A DNA stretch of 44,904 nt, taken from the NCBI GenBank assembly GCA_903907305.1, contig CAIVNT010000208.1, positions 1 to 44,904 on the forward strand. The letters are read 5' to 3'. Position 1 is the stretch's first letter. Each line of letters starts with the position of its first letter. The position numbers were made by a program, and so were the translations under genes. Source of the stretch: an uncultured Ignavibacteriota bacterium (GTDB lineage: Bacteria > Bacteroidota > Ignavibacteria > UBA10030 > UBA8401). The notes beneath the pieces are model-generated. The model was not told where the DNA came from. It saw only the letters and a list, made by a program, of their open reading frames with translations, and ran no database searches. Shown piece by piece: positions 36,363 through 44,463 of this stretch.

Positions 36363-37325
36363 TTAGATGATCGGCTCGACTTGAGTTTCAAAAACATGGA
36401 AGTCGATTCCTTGTTCCAATTGATTGAGATGAACGATCACTCTTGCGGCGATCTGTTCACCGGTGAAACCTTCATACGTGAGTACATCGTGCAGGAGCGC
36501 AGGTTTGAACCACTGATGTTCTAGTGCGATGGGGAGAACATACGCCGTAACAGAATGCTTCAGGAATAATTCTCCAATGATGGAGAATAATCCTCCCGAT
36601 ACGAAATGATCTTCAACCGTAACGATCAATGCGCATTCTTTCGCTGCAGACAGGATCACTTTTTCATCGATCGGTTTCACCGTCCGCAGATTGATGAAGC
36701 GGACAGAGAAACCTTTCTTTTCTAGAATCTTCTTTGCGAACCACGTTTCGCGGTTCATGAATCCATACGTGATGAATGCGATATCCATTCCGTCGCCGAG
36801 CACTTCCGCTTTCCCGATTGCGAACGGTTCGTAATGTTTTTCCACCGGCTGCTGAGTGGTGTAGCGGATATACCACGGGGAAGGATCGTCCACGATCGAA
36901 GGAAGTCCTGAAATAAGTTCTTCGTGATCTGCAGGACAGAAGACCTTCATGTTCGGGATACCGCGCATCAGGGAAACATCCTCGATCGCCTGATGGGTCG
37001 GACCGTTTGCTTCGGAGAGGAATCCGGGAACTCCACCGACAATCTTCACCGGAAGGTTTCCTATTCCGACATCCGTGCGGATAAATTCGAATGCTCTCAG
37101 CGTAAGAAAGGTTGCCAGTGCATGCACGATCGGCACTCGACCCCGAAGTGCCAACCCTGCGGCTGCACCGATCATCGTCTGTTCGGTGATACCGACATCG
37201 ATGAAGCGATTCCCTAAAATTTTCGGCAGATTGCGGATGGCAGCGCGGTTTTCGGCTGTCATCACGACCAGACGTTCATCCCGCGCAGCGATCTCCTGCA
37301 GTTTCTCTTCATAGTTCATCTTCAT
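36363..37325 (-). CDS. Transketolase-like protein, pyrimidine-binding/C-terminal subunit
   Basis: DVGITEQ, AAGLA, GPTHQAIED, VEDH...GGL. Confidence 0.92.
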   Translation of the reverse strand: MKMNYEEKLQEIAARDERLVVMTAENRAAIRNLPKILGNRFIDVGITEQTMIGAAAGLALRGRVPIVHALATFLTLRAFEFIRTDVGIGNLPVKIVGGVPGFLSEANGPTHQAIEDVSLMRGIPNMKVFCPADHEELISGLPSIVDDPSPWYIRYTTQQPVEKHYEPFAIGKAEVLGDGMDIAFITYGFMNRETWFAKKILEKKGFSVRFINLRTVKPIDEKVILSAAKECALIVTVEDHFVSGGLFSIIGELFLKHSVTAYVLPIALEHQWFKPALLHDVLTYEGFTGEQIAARVIVHLNQLEQGIDFHVFETQVEPII

Positions 37326-38179
37326 CTCACCATAAGTGTTTCGGATGTTAGGATGCTTTCCTTCTCTCCGTGCAATTCATCAAGGAGCATTTCTACTTCT
37401 TCCGCCGTGAAGTTGACGAACCAACGGTCCGCCCGCCGCTCGATGCTCGGCAGTCCTTTTCCACGGACAGTATCTGCGATCACCACGCTCGGCTGATCGG
37501 TGCTGAACGGAAGCCGAGAAAAGGTCTGCTCCATCTGATCAAAATCATGTCCGTTGATCCTCTTTACCCAGCAGCCGAAAGCCTTGAATTTTTTGTCGAT
37601 GGATTCCAGAGGAATGAGTTCTTCCGTTCGGATGTTCGCCTGGAATTCATTCCTGTCGACGATGATCACCAGATTGTCCAGCTTGTACGCACTGGCAACA
37701 AGCAGACCTTCCCATATCGTCCCTTCGTTCAGCTCACCGTCACCCACAATCACAAAGACCTTCCCTTCACCCTGTTTCATTTTAATATCGAGCGCGATAC
37801 CGATACCGACGGAAAGCAGATGACCGAGCGAACCGGAGTGGAATTCAACACCGGGCACGGCACGGTTCGGGTGCCAGTAGATGGAATCATTCGTTTTCAA
37901 ATGATTGGCAAGCCGTTCTTTTTCGATGAAACCGAGTTCAGCGAATGTTCCATACAGCGCCGGAACATCGTGTCCTTTGGACAGCAGCAGATAATCCCTT
38001 GACGGATCGTTGAGATTCTCCGGAGAGATATTCAGCGTCTCGGAGTACAGATAGACCAGCAGGTCGGCGCAGGAGAGTGAGGCACCGATGAAGCATCCTC
38101 CGTTGGTCGCCATACCGATGATATGTTCGCGTACGCGGAGCGCCAGCAGTTCAAGTTCGATCGTGCGTTGTTCGTTCAT
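37322..38179 (-). CDS. Transketolase-like protein, N-terminal TPP-binding subunit
   Basis: SKGH, GSLGH, GDGELNEG...DRN, INGHD. Confidence 0.92.
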   Translation of the reverse strand: MNEQRTIELELLALRVREHIIGMATNGGCFIGASLSCADLLVYLYSETLNISPENLNDPSRDYLLLSKGHDVPALYGTFAELGFIEKERLANHLKTNDSIYWHPNRAVPGVEFHSGSLGHLLSVGIGIALDIKMKQGEGKVFVIVGDGELNEGTIWEGLLVASAYKLDNLVIIVDRNEFQANIRTEELIPLESIDKKFKAFGCWVKRINGHDFDQMEQTFSRLPFSTDQPSVVIADTVRGKGLPSIERRADRWFVNFTAEEVEMLLDELHGEKESILTSETLMVR

Positions 38180-38185
38180 AATCCT

Positions 38186-38989
38186 CTAGGTAAGTTGTTT
38201 CGTCTCGGCAGCGGAGACGGTTCGCAGTTCACCGATATGGTGGCGGTACCAATTCACTCCGGCGTACCGCGCATTGATCTCGTGGATCTCCGGTTTCAGT
38301 TTCAATAAGGTCAGGATCTCGTGCATGGAGAAGTTCGGACGAAGTCTGTCCCACAGTTCATCATATACCGTTTTGATGAATTCGTAATCCTCTTGAAAAT
38401 CGATCGTCCACCGGTGCGTCATAGAATAATTCAGATCGAGTTCCCATTCCACATTCCCGAGTTTGAACAGTTCGGGATGCTCCCAGATGTACGGGGTCGT
38501 ATGTTCGCGTTCGTAATTCTTTTTAGCGACACGCCAGGCGGTCTCGAGTGTTTCAAATGTCATCAATTCCACATCGTTGCCGTCGGGATAGGTTGCGGGA
38601 TGCAGGTTGCTGACGAAATCAAATCGGCGCATGGAATTCCTCTGGAACCGAAGTATACAGTCGATCACCGCGGGATCGATCAGGGGACAGTCCGACGGGA
38701 TCTTCACCACAATGTCCGCCTGTTCCAGTTTTGCCGCCTGATAGTGTCTGTCCAGAAGATCGGTCGGATGGCCGCTGAAACATTTCACGCCGAGTTTGCG
38801 GCACAGTTTTCTGATCGGTTCGTCGGACCGGTCCGTGGTCGTGGCAACGATGATCTCTGCGGTACCCGAGATGCACCTTACACGTTCGATCATCCTTTGC
38901 AGCAGCGGGGCGCGGGCAAGCGGCAGCAACACCTTGTTGGGAAGGCGTGTCGATCCGGTCCGTGCCTGTATAATAATGAGTGTCTTCAT
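38186..38989 (-). CDS. SpsF-like cytidylyltransferase (CMP-ulosonic acid synthetase family)
   Basis: IQARTGSTRLPNKV, DCPLIDP, REHTTP, WTID..ED. Confidence 0.9.
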   Translation of the reverse strand: MKTLIIIQARTGSTRLPNKVLLPLARAPLLQRMIERVRCISGTAEIIVATTTDRSDEPIRKLCRKLGVKCFSGHPTDLLDRHYQAAKLEQADIVVKIPSDCPLIDPAVIDCILRFQRNSMRRFDFVSNLHPATYPDGNDVELMTFETLETAWRVAKKNYEREHTTPYIWEHPELFKLGNVEWELDLNYSMTHRWTIDFQEDYEFIKTVYDELWDRLRPNFSMHEILTLLKLKPEIHEINARYAGVNWYRHHIGELRTVSAAETKQLT

Positions 38990-40050
38990 GATCTCTGCGG
39001 GAACAAGCGTAAGAATTTCGACGGATAGTTCGTCCGGAAGAATCCTTTGAAAAGCCGGTTCTTCGGCTGTTTGAAGTGAAGGATGTTGGTGTGCGGAAGA
39101 TCGAGCACCTGTCTGCAGACATCGGCAATATTCAGTGCTGCACAGTTGTTTTGGATCGGCGTCAGCCGTTTCAGCATCTCCACCGGGAAATTTGAATACA
39201 CTTCTTTACCGAGAGCGAGACCAACGTAGACCGTTGAAGAGAATTGCGTGATGAGCACATCGCAGTTCGCGATCATTTCTTCAGCACTGCCGGAGGAGAA
39301 GACGAGCGCTTCCGGCGCATATTTATTGATCTCGGCTGTTGCGCGTTTCTCGTTCTCGTTCGGATGCAGTTTGAAGATGAGGATCCGTCCGATCGCTTTT
39401 TCCAACGCATCGAGGATGACCGCTTTCCGATTCTCAAATTTCACCGTCTCACGGGAATCGGAAGTACAGACGAGTACAAAATTCTTGTGTGGAAATGAGT
39501 TGTTCAAATATTTGGCGCAGTTGTCAAAATTCGGTATGCCGGTCACGGTCAATTTATCAGAGGCAACCCCTTTGCGGATGAAGAGATCCTTGTATCCTTC
39601 GCTGGCTACACAGAATTTTATATAGGCATCGCTGAGTCCCATCGCCGACGTGCTCGCGGACCATCGCGGCATCAAATGAAGCTTTACCAGATAATACGCC
39701 CAATTCTCGGGATCGGTCATCCCTTCCTGAACGAGAACGATCTTTTTCTTCCTGATATTCTTCGGAACAACGAGATCCGCACACGTCACCACGAGGTCAT
39801 AATGATGCTTCTCTCCACGGAAATCCGCAGCAAGGTCATGCTCTTCAAGATACTCCAGACAGCGTTCAGTGAACCTTCTGCTCATGATCGTCATTTCCGT
39901 CAACCCGATTCTGCGCATAAACTCCACATGACCGCTCGCATAGTATGGCGTGAAGTAACACTCGAATTCTTCCGAGAGATGTTCCGATATTTGATGCATC
40001 TGGGTCGTTTGATTTCGCGAACCGCAGATGAAAAGAATTTTCTTCTTCAT
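38986..40050 (-). CDS. Uncharacterised protein, probable GT-B CMP-ulosonic acid transferase
   Basis: QEG, FKLHP and FSST...LALGK motifs in the order found in bacterial sialyl- and beta-Kdo-transferases; coupled to the CMP-transferase gene. The gene is solid; the function is inferred. Confidence 0.6.
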   Translation of the reverse strand: MKKKILFICGSRNQTTQMHQISEHLSEEFECYFTPYYASGHVEFMRRIGLTEMTIMSRRFTERCLEYLEEHDLAADFRGEKHHYDLVVTCADLVVPKNIRKKKIVLVQEGMTDPENWAYYLVKLHLMPRWSASTSAMGLSDAYIKFCVASEGYKDLFIRKGVASDKLTVTGIPNFDNCAKYLNNSFPHKNFVLVCTSDSRETVKFENRKAVILDALEKAIGRILIFKLHPNENEKRATAEINKYAPEALVFSSGSAEEMIANCDVLITQFSSTVYVGLALGKEVYSNFPVEMLKRLTPIQNNCAALNIADVCRQVLDLPHTNILHFKQPKNRLFKGFFRTNYPSKFLRLFPQRS

Positions 40051-41147
40051 ATGGATGATGGTAATGATGATCGTTCTGTGATCGACACCGGTTCGACCGG
40101 AAGGGTGGAATGACCGTTCTGGGCGCGAGATTCCTCAAGCGCTCCCTGTGTCGCCGCAAGAATCACTCCGACGATCACCCAAAAAAGTTCTTTCATGCGT
40201 TTGATTACAATAAATGCAGCGATGAATGTCCCGGCAGACACGGCATCAATTCCCTGAAAGGCTGCGGAGTAACCTGCATCCATCACCCCGATTCCTGCCG
40301 GAATAAAGAAGGCAACAGAGCGTAACAATGACACGACCGGCTCAAAGACCATAATGGAACCGAGTGCCACAGGTGCATGTACGGCAAAGAGGATCGTCCA
40401 TGTTTCGAGCATTTCCGTTGTCCAGCCGCAGAAGAAGAATATGCATGCGCTCAATCCTTCCTTCTTCCGGTGTGCGATAGAGTCCTTGATGACCCGGTCT
40501 GTTTCAATCAACAAATTTTTATGAGTGCCGAGGAATTGGACCAGAGCCGGTATTGGAATCCTTTGCAGCATACTGAACAAGAAGGAACCCAATCTTCCCA
40601 TTGACAAAAAATATCCCGTGATGCCAAAGAGAAGAAGCAGCGATACACTCAACACAACACCGACAGCTGTCATCATACCGGTCATGGTGCTGCCGAACAG
40701 GATGATCCCCGCCAGCACAGCAAGACCGATATAGAGTGCTTGTGCGATTCCCATGAACATTTTCCTCAAGAGAAGACTGGAGATGATCTCGGGGGTGCCG
40801 AGTGATGAGTACCGTTTCACCAATATCACTTTCACGGATTCACCGATGACCACGCCCGCGGGAATGAAACGGTAGAATGATTCTCCTGCGATATGGATCA
40901 TCAGTAGGCGGAGGAACGGAATGGTATTGATTGAACTATGAAGGATGATACGCCACGCAAGAGTATCGCACAGTGCGCCGATGAGGTAAAAAGAAAGAAG
41001 CAGGGGAGCGATTGCGCCGACATCGGAGATAAGTCCGGCGGTTTCTGTTAGATTAATATTCCGGAAGACGAACAACAGCAGGAGCGATCCCGTAAGGAGC
41101 GGCGCTGTGCGTAGAATGAATGTCGTTACAGTCGATCGATTGTTCAC
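40047..41147 (-). CDS. LPG_synthase_TM (MprF/AglD2-like flippase) membrane protein
   Basis: Many TM helices; WRIIL, PAGVVIGESVK, FFIPAGIGV-D, IKR; GTG start. Confidence 0.85.
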   Translation of the reverse strand: MNNRSTVTTFILRTAPLLTGSLLLLFVFRNINLTETAGLISDVGAIAPLLLSFYLIGALCDTLAWRIILHSSINTIPFLRLLMIHIAGESFYRFIPAGVVIGESVKVILVKRYSSLGTPEIISSLLLRKMFMGIAQALYIGLAVLAGIILFGSTMTGMMTAVGVVLSVSLLLLFGITGYFLSMGRLGSFLFSMLQRIPIPALVQFLGTHKNLLIETDRVIKDSIAHRKKEGLSACIFFFCGWTTEMLETWTILFAVHAPVALGSIMVFEPVVSLLRSVAFFIPAGIGVMDAGYSAAFQGIDAVSAGTFIAAFIVIKRMKELFWVIVGVILAATQGALEESRAQNGHSTLPVEPVSITERSSLPSSI

Positions 41148-41152
41148 GGAAA

Positions 41153-41219
41153 CAAATCTACACAGAACGTATTACCTGTGAATGACCGCGGAGTGAATAA
41201 ACCGTAAATGCAGCGTTAA
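41153..41219 (-). promoter_or_regulatory. Promoter with five 11-bp-period direct repeats (Pho-box/OmpR-family-like) and a -7 element
   Basis: Minus strand TTAAC-N6-TTTAC-N6-TTCAC-N6-GTCAT-N6-GTAAT (41219-41171), then TAGATTTG (41160-41153). Confidence 0.7.
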
Positions 41220-41265
41220 GGTTCTGTGTCGGTACAGTAAAGAAAGTTTTGCCGACGGAACGCCG

Positions 41266-41802
41266 CTATTGATTCTTATACAAACGGAAGATATCCTTAT
41301 CAAGGTGTTGGGCCTCGAGGATCATATCGCATACTTCGCGGACACAGCCTTCGCCCCCCTTGCGTTCGGTGACATAACGTGCGATTCGTTTATTCCATCG
41401 GCTTCCGTCCGCGGGTGTTGCGGAAAATCCGGCGGAGGCCATCACCTCAAGGTCGTTAATGTCATCGCCGATATATGCGATCTCATTCCATTCCAGCGAA
41501 TATTTTATCTTCATCTTTTCCACAATCTTGATCTTATTCCGCACCCCTTGATATAAATTGTGGATTTTCAGTTTCTTTGCACGAAGACGGACGATCTCCG
41601 TCTCTTCGCTGGTGACAATGGCGGTAATCAATCCCGCATACCGCAGCAGGGTCAGACCCATTCCGTCCCGCGTGGAGAATTTCTTTTGTTCTATACCATT
41701 CTCACTGTAATACATGCCGGCATCGGTAAGCACGCCGTCCACATCGGTCACGAGAAGCCGTATCTGTTTCAATCGTTTGCTGAGTGATGGAGTGAGAGCC
41801 AT
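41266..41802 (-). CDS. KdsC-family HAD phosphatase (Kdo-8-P / Kdn-9-P phosphatase-like)
   Basis: DVDGVLTD, F-TRDG-G, GDDIND, GGEGCVRE. Start could also be 41847. Confidence 0.92.
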   Translation of the reverse strand: MALTPSLSKRLKQIRLLVTDVDGVLTDAGMYYSENGIEQKKFSTRDGMGLTLLRYAGLITAIVTSEETEIVRLRAKKLKIHNLYQGVRNKIKIVEKMKIKYSLEWNEIAYIGDDINDLEVMASAGFSATPADGSRWNKRIARYVTERKGGEGCVREVCDMILEAQHLDKDIFRLYKNQ

Positions 41803-41827
41803 GGATCGTTCCTTTGGGAATGAGCTA

Positions 41828-42754
41828 TTATTGTCGTTTGGCAACATGGTATTTCCGTTGTTGCGGTGCGTTCACGCTGACAGCGGTATGTTCAATCTCT
41901 TTCGTTCCGATATGCAAAAGATTGAATTTGCGTTCGGACAGGTCATTCGGAAACATTGTCCCGCCCGCATTCAGGAAGGAGATCTTCTTCCGGTGATAAT
42001 GATGATGATGGTGTAAATGTCCGTGCAGCACCCGGGCGACGGACGATGCATGGAACAATTTAAATAAACGCTTCTTATTCCACAGTTTCATCGTGCTCGA
42101 CTCGATGGCGTGCCATAGCCGTTCAAGATTTCCCGCCGCCTTCTTGGCTTCCATCTTGTTGAAGTGGTGATGGATCAACACGAGTACCGTTTTCCCTTTC
42201 AGCATCTCCCCCGAGAAGATCTCATCGAGTTTCTTCAGCTGCTGTTTTCCCACATCGCCGTTGGAGCCGAGAGGATTTGTCAGTGAGTTCCATTGTGCAA
42301 CGGAATTAATCCCGACCAAAGCGACATCCTTTACCATCTTTACGAATGGAAAGATTGATCCGTTCGAGACATACTTACATCCTTCAAAGGTCTCGTGGAA
42401 TGCGGTGGTAAATTCTTTCACCTTCGATTCATAATCGGTCTTCCTGCAGAATCCCGGGAATGTCAGCACATCTTCGGCATAATACGGCCCGCCGAAAATA
42501 TCGTGGTTGCCGATGGTGACGGTCAGCTTTGCAGGATCAAGATATCCGCATTCACGCAGGATGGAACGTGCGTGGGCGAATTCTTTCGGCTTTGCCTGAT
42601 TGGTGATGTCGCCGGTGATGACGATGTGATCGACCGCGAGGGTCTTGCAGGTGTTGAGGATCTCATAGAATATCTCGGTCCGTTCCGGAAAATGGTCGGG
42701 ACTGAGATGGAGATCGGAAAGATGGGCAATTCGCATTTCGGAGTTCTCTGTCAA
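41828..42754 (-). CDS. Calcineurin-like metallophosphoesterase
   Basis: SDLH, TGDIT, GNHD, HH, GHLH motifs; alternative ATG at 42736. Confidence 0.92.
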   Translation of the reverse strand: MTENSEMRIAHLSDLHLSPDHFPERTEIFYEILNTCKTLAVDHIVITGDITNQAKPKEFAHARSILRECGYLDPAKLTVTIGNHDIFGGPYYAEDVLTFPGFCRKTDYESKVKEFTTAFHETFEGCKYVSNGSIFPFVKMVKDVALVGINSVAQWNSLTNPLGSNGDVGKQQLKKLDEIFSGEMLKGKTVLVLIHHHFNKMEAKKAAGNLERLWHAIESSTMKLWNKKRLFKLFHASSVARVLHGHLHHHHHYHRKKISFLNAGGTMFPNDLSERKFNLLHIGTKEIEHTAVSVNAPQQRKYHVAKRQ

Positions 42755-42840
42755 TGACGGGGATAAGATACATCCTGTTTGTCATGAACAGATTATCCAA
42801 ATATTATTATACGATGAAGTAACCGGATCGCGTAACGGTG

Positions 42841-44412
42841 TTATTTTTTGCGGACTTGACTGAAGACGGTGGTAACACGGAATATTTCTTCAAATAATTC
42901 TTTCTTGCGGTCTGCTCCCCAGAATTCTATTTCGAGATCCTTCTTCTTTGCTGCGATAATCTTCATCAGGATTCTTTTTCCCACGATCCTCACGCGGACA
43001 TCGGAGATCTTTCCTCCGTGTGTTCTGTCGAGGCCGTCCGCGATGCGAAGGATGGCGGAGATCTTCGTCACCATCTGCTGATCTTCCGGAGATAACAGTC
43101 GGAATCCTTCATGCTTCATTTTCGGATGGCTCTTGCGGTGATACCGGGCAACGTTGGCGATGATCTCTTTCTCATTCTCCGTGAATCCGAGCATTTCACC
43201 GTTCTTGATAATATAGTATGAGTGCCGATGATGAAGCGCGTGCGAGACAGCGAGTCCGATCTCGTGCAGCAGCGCGGCTGCCTCAAGATACTCTCTCTCA
43301 ACAACGGAAAGCTTGTGCAGTTTTTTGGTCTGATCAAAGATCCGCAATGCAAGATCCGCAACCTTTCTGCCGTGATTGATCTCATTGTGAAACTGCAGAG
43401 AAAGATGAAGAACACTGTTGTAGCGGATATCCGACAGATGATGGAACGAAGGACGCTCGATCGATTTCTCCATCGTGTCCAGTATGATCCCTTCCCGTAA
43501 TGCATACTCCGAGCAGGTAAGGGTTTTGATCCCGAATTCTTTGAATGTCTGTTCGAGAATAATTGCGCCGGCAGGAATGATATCGGCGCGTGATTGGTCC
43601 AGTCCTTCTATCCGCACACGGTCTTCAGAATATTCCTTTGACAATACCTTTTCAACTGCCGCAGTCAATTCTTTTGCGGAAAAGCGGACGTTGTTCAGCG
43701 ATTGCTCATTCCGTTCCTCACGCGCAGCGAGGATGATCTTTGCAAGATTCAGGATCGTTCCCGAACTGCCGATCACCTGCTGATAATCGAATTTTCCAAC
43801 TTCACGCACGATGGGGGATAACATTCCACGCACATATTTGCGGCATTCTTTGACTCCTTTTTCCGTGATCCTTCCCGAAGGGAAGAACCGTTCCGTCAGA
43901 CGGACGGCACCAAGTTTGATGCTGTTGCCGGAGAGGATCTTTTTTTTATGGCCGATCACATATTCTGTGCTGCCGCCGCCAATGTCGATGCAAAGGACTT
44001 TTTTGCTGAACACGGGAAGCGCCTGCACCACGCCAAGATAGATCAGCCGCGCTTCTTCCGCTCCGGAGGCGACCTCCAGTTTGATCCCCGCTTCGGTCTT
44101 CGCACGGCGGATGAATTCATCCTGATTCAATGCTTCACGGACGGCGCTTGTTGCGATCGCACGGATCGGTGCATTGAATGCACCGGCGATCTTTTTGAAC
44201 AGCCGCAGTGCCTGGATGCCGCGTGCCATCGCCTGCTCGGAAAGATATTTCATATCCGTGGAACCGGAACCAAGTCTCACTAATTCTTTTTCACGCGCAA
44301 GCGTTCTGAACTGTCCGGTGGATGCAGAATATTCCACCACGATCAAGTGGAACGAATTCGTCCCGACGTCGATCGCAGCCATTGTTCTTTTTGTAAGAGA
44401 GGTACTTTTCAT
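42841..44412 (-). CDS. ppx: Exopolyphosphatase Ppx/GppA with HD-like C-terminal domain
   Basis: IDVGTNS, ATSAVREA, DIGGGSTE, ALREG, LHEIG, ARYHRK. Confidence 0.95.
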   Translation of the reverse strand: MKSTSLTKRTMAAIDVGTNSFHLIVVEYSASTGQFRTLAREKELVRLGSGSTDMKYLSEQAMARGIQALRLFKKIAGAFNAPIRAIATSAVREALNQDEFIRRAKTEAGIKLEVASGAEEARLIYLGVVQALPVFSKKVLCIDIGGGSTEYVIGHKKKILSGNSIKLGAVRLTERFFPSGRITEKGVKECRKYVRGMLSPIVREVGKFDYQQVIGSSGTILNLAKIILAAREERNEQSLNNVRFSAKELTAAVEKVLSKEYSEDRVRIEGLDQSRADIIPAGAIILEQTFKEFGIKTLTCSEYALREGIILDTMEKSIERPSFHHLSDIRYNSVLHLSLQFHNEINHGRKVADLALRIFDQTKKLHKLSVVEREYLEAAALLHEIGLAVSHALHHRHSYYIIKNGEMLGFTENEKEIIANVARYHRKSHPKMKHEGFRLLSPEDQQMVTKISAILRIADGLDRTHGGKISDVRVRIVGKRILMKIIAAKKKDLEIEFWGADRKKELFEEIFRVTTVFSQVRKK

Positions 44413-44463
44413 GAGGGAATATACTGAAGTACGCCGTGCAATAAAACAGATTGTCACCGAAGA

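Noticed and set aside
33258..41147. Ordinary O-antigen, capsule or flagellin glycosylation locus
   Set aside because: No wzx/wzy/wzz, kps, ABC exporter, NDP-sugar dehydratase or multiple GT2/GT4 genes are present. Not fully excluded, because partners could lie elsewhere in the genome.
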